Part shown: one piece after another, positions 1 to 11,510 of the stretch
How positions within the stretch are numbered: position 1 is the first letter of the stretch
Layout: the number at the start of each line of letters is the position of its first letter
Assembly: GCF_001194135.2 (NCBI RefSeq)
Contig: NC_068987.1
Span: 64,751,261 to 64,803,253, forward strand
DNA length: 51,993 nt
Reading direction: 5' to 3'
Source: Octopus bimaculoides
Taxonomy: Eukaryota
The notes under the pieces: generated by a model
What the model was told of the DNA's origin: nothing
What the model saw: only the letters and a program-made list of their open reading frames with translations
The model's database searches: none
Program-made: the position numbers and the translations under genes

Positions 1-2169
1 TATATATTTATATTTATATATTTATATATTTGATCCTTTATATTGAACACTCAATATTTCATCTACATTCAATACTTTCTTTCATGGTGCCATCCATTTT
101 TATTTTATTTTATTTTATATTGTATATTGTATATCATATTATATATTGTATATTCCATATTCTATACCCCACATTAGTTCTGCAGGAATATAAATAAAAC
201 ATAAAAAACAGACAGTGTTGGAACTCTTTTAAGCAAAATAATATATATATATATGATGGGCTTCTTTCAGTTTCCATCTACCAAATCCACTCACAAGGCT
301 TTGATTGACTCGAGGCTATAGTAGAAGATATTTGCCCAAAGTGCCATGCAGTGAGACTGAACTCGGAACCATGTGATTGAGAAGCAAGCTTCTTACTACA
401 CAGCCATGCCTGCACCTACGTGAATTTATGCATATTGTTTTGTATTAATCACACATTGTAGCTTCAAGATTTCAACAGTGTGTTTGTATATTTTTAGAAT
501 GACATTATAGGGTGCCTGTGAGAGATTAGATCTGGTTGATTTTAACATAAAACAGAATACTTGGGACAGGTTAAAAATTAAACAAGATTATTGATTTTGG
601 AAATATCTGTTGTACTAATGCAAAATGAAAGGTAACATACAAAACCTATTATAGGGTTAGCAATAAATCACATCTCTCATGTTTGGGGGTTATATGTTGT
701 TATAATACAAACATTCATGTTGTGGCTGTTTAGCCCTGGTTCTGTCCTGATCAAGCAGACCTCACAATCAAAGGCATTCCATCCATGACCATCTGTTTCT
801 GTTAGGAGCATCAAGGACTACATTGTTCAATATATACCTCCATTGTTGGTAGAGTGTAGTGTAAATGAGACTTAACTGCTATTTCTATCAGATTGAATGA
901 CTGCATTGAGGCTGTGAAATTAGGCCCTTGAATTTGTAATTAACAATGAAGCTTGTAATTTTAATTCTCCCTAGATGTGAAAAAAATTGCCCAGTAAATA
1001 TGTGTGGATATTAGCTTATAATCATCATCATCATCTTTTAATATCCTTCCTTGCTGACATGGGTTTGATGGTTTGACAAATCCAATGGGTCAGAGCATTG
1101 CATCATGTTTCATTATCTGCTTTGACATGTTTTTTTGTTTGGATGCCCTTCTTGATGCCAACAGAGTGTACTGGTTAATTTATTTGATGAATCCAGATAT
1201 AAATATGTATATATATATCATTGTCACCATCGTCATCATTTAATATCCATGTTCCATGCTGGCATGAGATGGATGGTTTGACAAGGATCCATAAGGTCCA
1301 AGGACTGAATCGTGATCCAGTGTCTGCTTTGGTGTGGTTTCTACTGTTGGATGCCTTTCATCAGTGCCAACCAATTTACATATATTTATTCATAACTGTA
1401 CACTAACAATATCATAGTAATTATTGATTTCAAATTTTGGCACAAAACTAGTAATTTCAAGGGAAAGGATAAGTCAATTACATCAACCCCAATGCTCAAC
1501 TGGTACTTACTTTATCAATCATGAAAGGATGAAAGACAAAATCCTAGTAATTGTTGTCAAGCAATCAACCTTGTACCATTATTTAAATGACTTATCCCTT
1601 CACAGAAATATGTTAATATTTTAATAGTCTCTCATTTCTTACACTGGACATCTTGAGAATGGAAGGTCAGTAATTAACAGAGAGCAGTCAGTTCAGTTTT
1701 CATCCAAACTGCCAAAAAGGTTCACATGAGGCCTTTATTTCATAGCAAGATTAAATACATATAGAAATTACTTCATACATTTATTTCTCCATAATTTGTG
1801 CTGTATTGGTTCTCAAATAATTAATATAGTTAGTGATTCTAATGAATATGGTCAGTAGCCCAGCACCTTTTAATCTCACACTTGTATTTCATGCCACCTC
1901 ACTTCTATGTCTTAATTTCGAAGAGCTACTCTGTAATATGCTATAATCGGTTATACAGTCACCTGGTAATATACTGGTATTCAGCTTCAGTAGAATTGCA
2001 ATTTTCTACTTTATTTATTTTTTGATTAAACATTTGTTTCTCAATCACAAGGTTTCAGGTTCAGTTTCATTGCATGACACTTTGGACAATGCTTTTTGCT
2101 GTGTACTCTTAGGCTGACCAAACCCTTATGAATGAATTTAGTAGATGGAAACTTTAAAAGCCCATCACA

Positions 2170-2216
<47 letters not shown>

Positions 2217-2446
2217 NNNNNNNNNNNNNNNNNNNNNNNNNNNNNNNNNNNNNNNNNNNNNNNNNNNNNNNNNNNNNNNNNNNNNNNNNNNNNNNNNNNN
2301 NNNNNNNNNNNNNNNNNNNNNNNNNNNNNNNNNNNNNNNNNNNNNNNNNNNNNNNNNNNNNNNNNNNNNNNNNNNNNNNNNNNNNNNNNNNNNNNNNNNN
2401 NNNNNNNNNNNNNNNNNNNNNNNNNNNNNNNNNNNNNNNNNNNNNN
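2217..2446. other. Assembly gap (230 N); further gaps at 43046-43171 and 48344-48437
   Basis: N runs adjacent to (TA)n tracts or repeats. Confidence 1.
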
Positions 2447-3445
2447 TTGTGTTGGTGTGTTTATGTCCCCATATCAGTTCAGCAAAAGAGACCGATAGAA
2501 TAAGTATTAGGCTTACAAAGAATAAGTCCTGAAGTCGATTTGTTCAACTAAAGATGGTGCTCCAGCATGGCCACAGTCAAATGGCTGAAACAAATAAAAG
2601 AATATGTATATATTGCGTGTGTACTCCTTGTCTTGACATCGCCTAATAGTTGTAAGCAGGCATTACCTTGTACAAGCAGTCTCTTTCGTTTAAATTCTTC
2701 TGTGAAAAAATATCCAGCCATGGGGGAATGTTACCTTACTCGGAAACAAGTGAGGGTTGGTGACAGGAAGGCGGTAGAAAATTTGCCTCAATGAATTTTG
2801 TCTGGCCTAAGCAAGTGTGGAAAAGTGAACATGAAAATGAAGGGCAGGTGGTGGTTTTGTTGATGATGATGATGATGACAATGATGACAAATCATGACGA
2901 CCATGACAACAACGATCCAGCATGACCACAGCTAGTTAGAAAAAAAAAAAATGTAATAGACAGACGATTGATATGTTGGATTTGTTGAGAAGACAGAGAC
3001 AGGATGTGAAGCAGAAGATGAAATGTATGGAAAGAACAATTAACTAGAATAGACACATAGCTCTAAATCAAAGACAACAACTATAACAAGAAACATATTC
3101 TCACTGTCTTGCTCATCCTCTTCCACATCACACGACATAGAGGAAAGTGCAGTGTGTTCTAGTTGTTTAGCCTCAGGTCAAACCATGATGATCTAGCAGA
3201 CTTTATGATCAAAGGCATTCCAGCTGGGATCATCCCAGCATTTTTCTTTTCTTTTCTATTCCCCAAACATATTGTATTTAAGACTACATTATCCAATGTG
3301 TCCCTTTCTTATTTTGTGATTGTAGAGTGTGACTTGAAGGAATTTAGGCTGCTATGCTTTGAAAGAGAAGAGAGTAGAAGTGTTTCTTTGAAGGCAAAAT
3401 AGAAAGATATAAAGATGCATATACTGAGTTTGAGTTAGTGTAATG

Positions 3446-3481
<36 letters not shown>

Positions 3482-3651
3482 CACTCTCACCCTTTATCTC
3501 ACACAACACACATTTATCCTCTTCCTTCCATGTCATTTTATATCTTTCTTAATAGAAACTTTTTTTCTGTGTGTATGTAGAGATTTTTTATCCAAAATAA
3601 TGTTCTTGCCTGTAATTCTCTTTCACTGTCACTACTCCCTTGTTTCATTTA

Positions 3652-3688
<37 letters not shown>

Positions 3689-5221
3689 ACCAATACACAC
3701 ATATGCACAGGAATGTGTTCGTGTGTGTTTTCCATTATACCCTTGTACTTTGTTTCACCCTTCATACTCCCTTCGCTCACTCAGCCTGGTTCTCTCTCTC
3801 TCACTTTCTATTTCTCTGCTATTCATCTTATCAGGGGGGCAGTTGCCTTAGGGTACTGGAGACACCATAAGTTCACGTAAACTTTATAGGCTTTTAGGTC
3901 AAAGCAACCTCACTAATGCTGGCATCATAGTAAAAGGCACCCAGTGCATTGTTGTAAGATGGTTGGCAAATAAGCAAAGTCTGGTTGACATTCAGAATAA
4001 CAATATTGCAAACAAGGATGCTATGATATATAAAAGTATTTTATTTTCTTAACTCTTGAAATCCAAAACTGCAAATATCTGCAACTGTCACAAAATCGTA
4101 AACTCCTCAAAGCTACAATTCAAGCAATGCCGTTGTTTAGGATTGAAAACTGTAACTAAGCACTCTTTTGCACAGGAAACAATGTTTAGCTTCACTTTAG
4201 AAAGAATTTCCTGTTTAACATGTGTTTACATTCTGTATTTTATTGAACAAATTTCTCTAGACTTTTCTTTGATTTGGGGGCTTAATGGTATTAAGACCTC
4301 AAAGTGTTGAGTTACAAATCTGTGATATTAAATATTTAATTTGCAAAAGGGAGCTTGAACTTGGATAAAATAATTAGATATTTCAGTGTTGTCTATATAC
4401 ACCAGTGATTTAAATGATATTGGAATTTTATCAGTTGTGAGCAGAAGTTAAGTTATTACATTGTTTTTTTGCATCAATGCTTTCATTGGTGAATGATAAA
4501 GATATTTTTTTTAAAAGGCCCATTACTTTAGTGATATATTTTGAATGTAGATCTCTCCTTACTGATAGGTTTATGAACTGTGTAATAAGAGTAAATAGCT
4601 CTAATTTGTTGAGCCATACAAGACATTGAATGGAGGAAATAAATGATTAAGATATCTCTTGGAGTCTTTTTCTTTTGAGAGTTGTGCAGGTTCCAAGTTT
4701 CAGAGACAAACTGGAAAAAGAATTCAGCTCTGAGACAGGAAATTAATACCTTGGAATCAATATTTTGTGTACATATGTTGAAACGCTTAAGTGTAATCAA
4801 TTTAATTGTATTCAACCTACTTTGGCAGGTGAAAGTGGCATGACAACAGGTAAAAACTACAGCAGTGTACACTAACAATCATTATATTCTATCAGCAAAT
4901 TCATAAAGATTGTTAACAGTATGAACAACAAAATAAATTATTTCTGGTAGACAAATCTACAGTGTGTATTCATGTATGTGAAGACATTTTGGTTGACCTG
5001 TCAGTTAGGGTGTGAGTGTGTGTACCAACTTTAAGCAAGCTGTGTTTTGCTCAGAGCAGTCTCTTGACTAGAGGTAAACCAAAGAGGTTGAGATAAAATT
5101 GTGGATATGGTTACTGTTGTGACAGTGGTAACAATACCTGTGTTATCTTAGTCAATGTGCACTCTCAAATGCTTGGCACCAACTGACAAAATGACTTATT
5201 CTTGTTTATATAATTGTCATA

Positions 5222-5620
5222 AGACAATTGATTGTGTGATAAGAAGCTTACTTTTCAACCACATGGCACTGGGTTCGTTCCCACTGCATGATACTTTTAG
5301 CAAGTGTCTTCTATAACCCCAGTAAACCAAAGCCTTGTAAATGACTTTGGTAGATAGAAACTGAAAGAAACATGTCGTGTATGTGTGTGTGTATGCATAT
5401 ATATCTATGTGTGTGTTTTTGTATTTGTGTTGTATTTGTCCCCATCCACCACTTGACAACTGGTAACCTAGTAGTTCAGCAAAAAGCGACTAACAGAATA
5501 AATATCAGACCTGAAAAAAAAAAGTAAGTATTGGGATCAATTTGTTCGACTAAATCCTTCAAAACAGTGTTCCAGCATGGCCACAGTCCAATGGCTGAAA
5601 CAAGCAAAAGATAAGAAAGA
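5222..5620 (+). mobile_element. tRNA-derived SINE (major family), diverged
   Basis: Colinear diverged copy; further copies at about 232-418 (-), 2050-2600 (+, spanning a gap) and 27317-27700 (+). Confidence 0.8.
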
Positions 5621-6183
5621 GGAATCATAAATAGAAGCTTCAATAAACTTTTGTGTTACAAAGCTAGAAAACCAAATAGCAACAAAAACTCTGACAAATG
5701 TATCAAGGGTTCTGGTTGGTAAACCACAAATTCAGGTTATGAATCTAGGTTAGACTTTATGTTACATTGAGCTCTGTGGATATATAAGAAATCTATTATC
5801 TTACATAGATGTTTTTTTTTTTTACATAGCACCAGCAAGGAGCCATGTAATAGCTCCCATGCTGGTGCCACATAAAAAGCATCCAGCACACACTGTTAAG
5901 TGGTTGGTGTTAGGAAACACTTCCAGCCATAGAAACCAAGCTTGGAATCTGGTACAGTTCTTCGGCTTGCCAGTCTGGAAAATGGACATTAAAGGATGAT
6001 GATGGTGATGTTAAGCCACAGATTTATTAAAGCAAAAAAAAATGGGATGATAGGACTTCTTGTGACTACTCAATAATTATTTTATTTATTATTTATTTAC
6101 CTTTTTATTTTTATTTCCAGGTTGCATTTGATCCCTCACTTGACTGGTTGACAATCCTGATTTGATGAATAACATTAAGATAG

Positions 6184-8982
6184 ATGGTAATATATTCTGT
6201 GAAAGAAAAATTAAAAACAACACTCTGTCGGATGGGTTGTAGAACAATTTTGCCCAACATGGAAAAACTTTCTCATTGCGGGCCTCTTCCAATTACATCT
6301 TCAAATGTAGGCTTAGATTATGGGAACCATGTCATTGAAGCCCTATTAAAAATGTCCAGTGACACAGACGATGATGAAGATCAGAGTTTTGAACAATCAG
6401 AAGTTGTTGACACAAGGAACAAAAATTTACTCTGTCCTTCTGAGTCAACACCAATGCCTCCGGTTATACTACATAGTCAGACTACAAATTACAAATTGTA
6501 CTGTTCACCTATATCACAAAGTTCAGCATTAAATATGGTACAGTCTCCAACAAATCAACCTGTCTCATTAAAAACTCATGGAATACTGTCACCACCAATG
6601 TCCTCATCATTATCATCATCATTGTCATCTGTTTCTTCATGGCCTAAAAAATCAACAAAATATTCAAAGGAAGATTCTTTTACAAAGTTTATATCTGATA
6701 AGCGTCAAACCTGTTCAAATGACGAACAGAGTAAACCCATTGAGTTAAATGTTACAACACCTCGTTTGGAAAAGAGACCAACATATGCTAACCTTAGCAG
6801 TATTCATAGAACTGAGGCTAATGATGAAGGTAATGTTGAACCTTTGTCTACTTCATCCTTATCAAGTTTAACTGATGGTTACCCTGCTTTCACAGGGGAT
6901 ACCTCAGACTGCCCTTATGGTCAAAATTATAACAAACCACGTGGGCTGACAAAGTTTGAATATCATTCACACTATATTAAACAGTGTCGAATTGAGAAAA
7001 CTGCTCGCACCAAGAAAGTATGGGAGAGATCACCAAAGCGACAGCAAGTTATCTCTCGCAAAAGAAAACTCATCAAAAAGTGTCAGTTGGAGAATTACAT
7101 GGAACAAAACACTCCAGTGTCTGCTCACCATGAACGGAAGAAGAAAATGTTCCATAGCAACACAAAAAGCAGTCGCAAAAGAAGAATTGTAAATAGTAAT
7201 TTAAAATCCAAGAATAATTCCAGCAGAAATTTCCAGAATCAATTTTCTGAAACTGCTGATCTCTTAAATGAAACAATTGGTCGTCTTGGCCAATCTGATT
7301 TGGTACTGACTGATTCTGGTAGAGAAAGCAAAAATGAACACCCATGTTTGGAGTCACATACAAGTGTTATTTTATCTGATACTTCATATCCAAGTAGCAG
7401 CCAGACTTGGTCCACTCCAGAGAGCATGAATACAGAAGTAATATCAGGTACAAGCAGCTATGGGTTGTTCAAGTCTAGAATTGATCCCGGTCAGTTTACA
7501 TCTTCACCATTACCTAACATTTCAGACTCTTCATCAGGACCTTGCCAAGAGTTGCCCTTACCTAGTAGTTCCCTAAATTTGTCTTCAGTGGAAGAACATA
7601 TTTCTGCTAGTGACAGCCTTGATATGTCCCTTGAGGAAGGCAACAAAGCATTTGTTCAAATTGAAACTTCCAATGAACAATCACAGTTGCAGCTGCTTTG
7701 CAATGCAAGTGGAGATACAAAACATGAAATAGTTCTCTCTGATAGTTCAGTTTCACTGTCTGTTTCTCTTGGGGAAAGGCCTGATTGTGTTGGTCAGTCA
7801 TGTAGCAGTGATTCTGAAGCAGAGGCTGAGAATGAAAATGTTGAAGCCAGTGATAAGAGTAATGACTCAAATTCTTTTCAACACGCCTCAAATATTCTGT
7901 CATCAACCCGAAACAGTCAGAAAGACATATCACTTGAGAGAAAAGGGCCAGTAATTATCTCTCCCCTGTCTATTGATATGGGTTCTCCTTCATTAATTTC
8001 ATTTGAGGAAAATAATCAACATGATGAGTTGTCATTGTCTAATAACAAAAGTTTCCTAAATGATCTGTCACCAAAGAACACAAATTTGGTAACTGATAAA
8101 AAAAAGAATTTTCTGAAACTACCTACACAATCTTTCTCAGCCTCTGCTTCCAAAATGCAGAATGCTGCTCTGCAAGGTTCTTCTTCAACATCTTCAATAC
8201 AGCAAAATGCTGCCACCACTACTACTACTACTACTGCTGTTTCTAAACAAGATCACAACCAAATTTTAGTTAAGAGTAAAAAAGTGCCTCATTCAGCATA
8301 TTCAACCAACCAGTTCTGCAAAGATAAATCTTCATACAGCAATCACAGTTTGCCAGCTGATTCATTCCAAGACACTAGTTCTGTGTATTTCTCTCCTGGT
8401 AAGTCTTCCCATTGTCACAAAGGTCTGTCTCCTTTCAGTCCAATATCTAACATCTCTAAAGACAATCAAATGAAGCCAGAAGGTGCCAAACCAAAGGTCC
8501 ACAGACAAGTGGCCAAAAAAAATCACGATAAGAGAGCCAATAACAACAATTCTTCAAGTAATCGCAGACACAGAGGAATGTTAGAACATCGAAGATCGAG
8601 ATCACATAATAAAGAAAATACTGATTTGTCAGATTTCGAGCAAAGTAGTAACAAGCATTTCTTTGAACGAGAATTTATCTGCTCTTCTAGAGACACTCCA
8701 CATATTTCAAAAGACTCCGGATTGGGAGCTTGTCGAAAATCTTACCAATCTCCTCAAATTGCTTCTCTCGCCAACAGCCCTGCACTCACAGTTGCAGGGG
8801 CTTCCACTGACCCCACTGAAAGCAATGAAATCAAAAGAAATCGGCAGCCCATTGTTGATGGCTTCCGACTACGTAATAAGAAGGCTGTGATGAAAAAATT
8901 TTGGAATTTTCAAAAGAAGTTTATCCGGAAAAATCCACAAAACAAAGATGATACAGAATTTAAGACTCTGGCACACGTCTGA
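6184..8982 (+). CDS. Uncharacterised Ser/Asn/Lys-rich, probably disordered nuclear protein, 932 aa (907 aa if the strong-context ATG at 6259 is used); CDS lies within one large exon
   Basis: 2.8-kb stop-free ORF in AT-rich DNA. It follows a polypyrimidine tract and acceptor (tttttatttttatttccAG, AG at 6119-6120). An in-frame TAG lies directly before ATG 6184. Basic NLS-like clusters (RKRKLIKK, ERKKK, RKRR) and many SP/TP sites are present. No domain recognised. Confidence 0.85.
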   Translation: MVIYSVKEKLKTTLCRMGCRTILPNMEKLSHCGPLPITSSNVGLDYGNHVIEALLKMSSDTDDDEDQSFEQSEVVDTRNKNLLCPSESTPMPPVILHSQTTNYKLYCSPISQSSALNMVQSPTNQPVSLKTHGILSPPMSSSLSSSLSSVSSWPKKSTKYSKEDSFTKFISDKRQTCSNDEQSKPIELNVTTPRLEKRPTYANLSSIHRTEANDEGNVEPLSTSSLSSLTDGYPAFTGDTSDCPYGQNYNKPRGLTKFEYHSHYIKQCRIEKTARTKKVWERSPKRQQVISRKRKLIKKCQLENYMEQNTPVSAHHERKKKMFHSNTKSSRKRRIVNSNLKSKNNSSRNFQNQFSETADLLNETIGRLGQSDLVLTDSGRESKNEHPCLESHTSVILSDTSYPSSSQTWSTPESMNTEVISGTSSYGLFKSRIDPGQFTSSPLPNISDSSSGPCQELPLPSSSLNLSSVEEHISASDSLDMSLEEGNKAFVQIETSNEQSQLQLLCNASGDTKHEIVLSDSSVSLSVSLGERPDCVGQSCSSDSEAEAENENVEASDKSNDSNSFQHASNILSSTRNSQKDISLERKGPVIISPLSIDMGSPSLISFEENNQHDELSLSNNKSFLNDLSPKNTNLVTDKKKNFLKLPTQSFSASASKMQNAALQGSSSTSSIQQNAATTTTTTTAVSKQDHNQILVKSKKVPHSAYSTNQFCKDKSSYSNHSLPADSFQDTSSVYFSPGKSSHCHKGLSPFSPISNISKDNQMKPEGAKPKVHRQVAKKNHDKRANNNNSSSNRRHRGMLEHRRSRSHNKENTDLSDFEQSSNKHFFEREFICSSRDTPHISKDSGLGACRKSYQSPQIASLANSPALTVAGASTDPTESNEIKRNRQPIVDGFRLRNKKAVMKKFWNFQKKFIRKNPQNKDDTEFKTLAHV

Positions 8983-9600
8983 ATGTTTAATTTAATGTCA
9001 TTTATAAAATTATAAGCTTTCCTCTCTTTTTTTTTATGTTTTTGTATTTTTTAAAATCTGTTTTTCACTTCCTCAGCTATATTTACTCTTAAATTATATT
9101 TATAATTTTTACTGTCAAATGTTGTGTCTGAGTTCTTTCATTTCTTCCCTGTCATGATTTTTAAAGTTTATTTAATCTTTTGCTTTGGATTTCTTTTCCT
9201 TTCTTTTTTTTTTTTAATTACCTCCTGTTTTTTGTTGGTTTTTTTTTTTAAAACACTTTTATTTATTTTTTCCCCTCATCTGATTTATACTCCATTACAG
9301 TTTCTGTTTTCATTCAGCTTGTGACTGTTTGATTGCAGTGTGTCATCAAAATTCATCATTCGTAATACAAATGAAAGCAAAAAAAAAAATCTTTTTTTTT
9401 TATAAACATTGAAGACTGCAAAATGTCAAATGTTTTAACAATAACAAATGTCACGTCTAAATCATCAATATTTTGACTGCCATGTGTTTCACTCCTATTT
9501 ATTTCATATACACACACACACTTGCTCATTCTTGCACTCAGACACCTCATCTCATAATCAGCATTTCAGCTCCCTATAAGATAATTATTTAATACCATTT

Positions 9601-9606
9601 AATAAA
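9601..9606 (+). terminator. Candidate polyadenylation signal AATAAA of the + strand gene
   Basis: AATAAA about 620 nt after the stop, downstream of a U-rich 3' UTR-like stretch. The hexamer is common in AT-rich DNA. Confidence 0.4.
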
Positions 9607-9749
9607 GATGTTTTTGAAATGAATAACAATATACTACTACAACTGCTGCTGCTTCTACTACTACTACATTTACAATTTCTACTTCTACCTTAACTACTAC
9701 AATAAATGCTGATGATGATAATAATAATAATAATATTAACTAATGATAA

Positions 9750-10170
9750 TAATCCTTTCTACTAAAGGCACAAGGCCTGAAATTTGGGAGAGTGGGATAG
9801 TCGATTACATCGACCCCAGTGTTTCCCTGGTACTTAATTTATCAACCCCAGAAGGATGAAAAGCAGTTGATCTCGGCAGAATTCAAACTCAGAATGTAAA
9901 GATGGGCCAAATACTGCAAAGCATTTTGGATAATAATAATAATTATAATTATAATAATTCTTTCTAATTCAGGTACAAGGCCTGAAATTTTGGGTAAGAG
10001 GGGTAGTTGATTATGTCAACCCTAATGCTCAAATAGTACTTATTTCATTGACTTATTTTGATGATCCTTAAAGGATGAAAGTCAAGGTCAGCCTCAACAA
10101 CATTTCAAAGAGTGTAAAGCTGGAAGAAATGCTTCTTGGCATTTCATCCAATTCTGCCAGCTTGCTGCCT
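9750..10170 (-). mobile_element. Two tandem copies of a second SINE family
   Basis: Repeated aggcctgaaattt...gacccc...ggtactt...aaaggatgaaa motif; also at about 11885-12050, 14020-14180, 21160-21330, 38690-38910 and 47490-47620. Confidence 0.7.
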
Positions 10171-10599
10171 TCTTCATCATCATCATCATCATAATAATAA
10201 TAGTAATGATAACAATAACAACAACAACAATGACGATGATGATAATGATAGTGATTTTTTTTTTTTTTTTTACATAGAGAGAGAGGCATTAATTTAGGGA
10301 GTGGTGTGTAATTAAGTGAACTCTAGTAATTGGTTTGTATTTATTTATATTAATGAGTTTTTGAAGAATGAAAGACAAGTTGTATCAGCACTATGAATTC
10401 TACCACTCCCCCATCCTACTAATAATAATAATTAAAATAATGTTTTCTTTATTAACTAATAAGGGTTGATAAAAACATTGGGGACATTACAGGATGTTAC
10501 AGTATGGGATTACATAAAAGCATGTAAAAAGTAAAATAACAGAAACAAGAAAATTCAAACAAGGTATAATTCTCCAAAAGAAGAGACTTCTAAGAGTTA

Positions 10600-11510
10600 C
10601 TTATGGAAATGTCATAAAACCATAGTTACCTTGACCATTAAGACAACTGCCTTCTCACGTTGGCCTCTTCCAATCAGTAGGTGCATGCTTAGGACAGGTC
10701 CTTTCAGTCAGACCGTGCTTGCTACTCACATCCACCTTTCACCAAGTTTACTGGGAGGCAGTACTTCCCCTTTTTATCCTCATTTTCCCATTGTAGTGAA
10801 ACTCGATAAAGTTGAAAGTGTGTCTTTCAACCTCATCCACCACACAACTTCTTTTACCATAGTCCCCTGACAAATAAAGCTTGCCTGTCTTTCCCAGCAA
10901 AGGAAGGTGGTGGGATGATCTTCACAACAGACACAGCTGGTGGATCCCCCCCACATATTACAGTAGGTTTTCGAGGCAGCAAAGCCTAGGCACTGGACAA
11001 GTATGTACAGGAAGGTTTCATTGCTTTGCACATATCTCAAACAGGTTTAGCTGATGGTGCTTCTTGACTTGTAGAGTTTATCTGAAACTGGTAATAACCC
11101 CTGGTAGCAAAGCAAGGCCAGGGATTTCTAGTAATTATCAATGAGCCCAGGCCTGAAAACCCTTTGAAATTTCCAGCCAGTTCATTTTCATTGATATCCA
11201 GACTCTCTCACCCCCAAGAGTTCATTGCTTTTGTGCCACTAATCCTCTGTAGAATGCCAACATAGAACTGCCACCAACTGGTAGAGGCCTGTGTGTACTT
11301 TGTGACATTCCAGATGCTAAGCACCTTCTCTCAGCCATTGCTTGACACAGCTCTGCATCTGTGTCAAAGAGAGGAGCTGTAAAAAAATACATTTGACAAA
11401 CAGTGACCATACCTGTTCACTATCAGGGAATTACTGTGGATGTCACAGCCTCAGCACATGTCTATATCATCAACTACACCATGCCCAATCTTCCCTCAGC
11501 AGATGTCTAC
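10600..11510 (-). mobile_element. Heavily decayed non-LTR retrotransposon remnant, possibly of an RLE clade (R2/NeSL/Hero/R4-like)
   Basis: GC-richer island. ETFLYILVQC resembles the ETLxHILxxC zinc knuckle, and QWENEDKKGKY resembles PWE...K..KY. No long ORF. Confidence 0.35.

Noticed and set aside
975-5073. Possible small + strand upstream exons (975-993, about 1628-1666, 4829-4849, 5055-5073)
   Set aside because: Plausible AG/GT pairs, but no recognisable protein or consistent chain, so they cannot be separated from chance.
9020-9300. CPE-like TTTTAT/TTTTAAT motifs suggesting a maternal mRNA
   Set aside because: Expected by chance at this T content; not distinguishable from background without conservation data.
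11222-11376. Apparent - strand terminal exon (ttttttacAG, then APLFDTDAELCQ...QKQ*)
   Set aside because: No phase-compatible upstream exon was found, and it is embedded in a larger decayed TE-like island.
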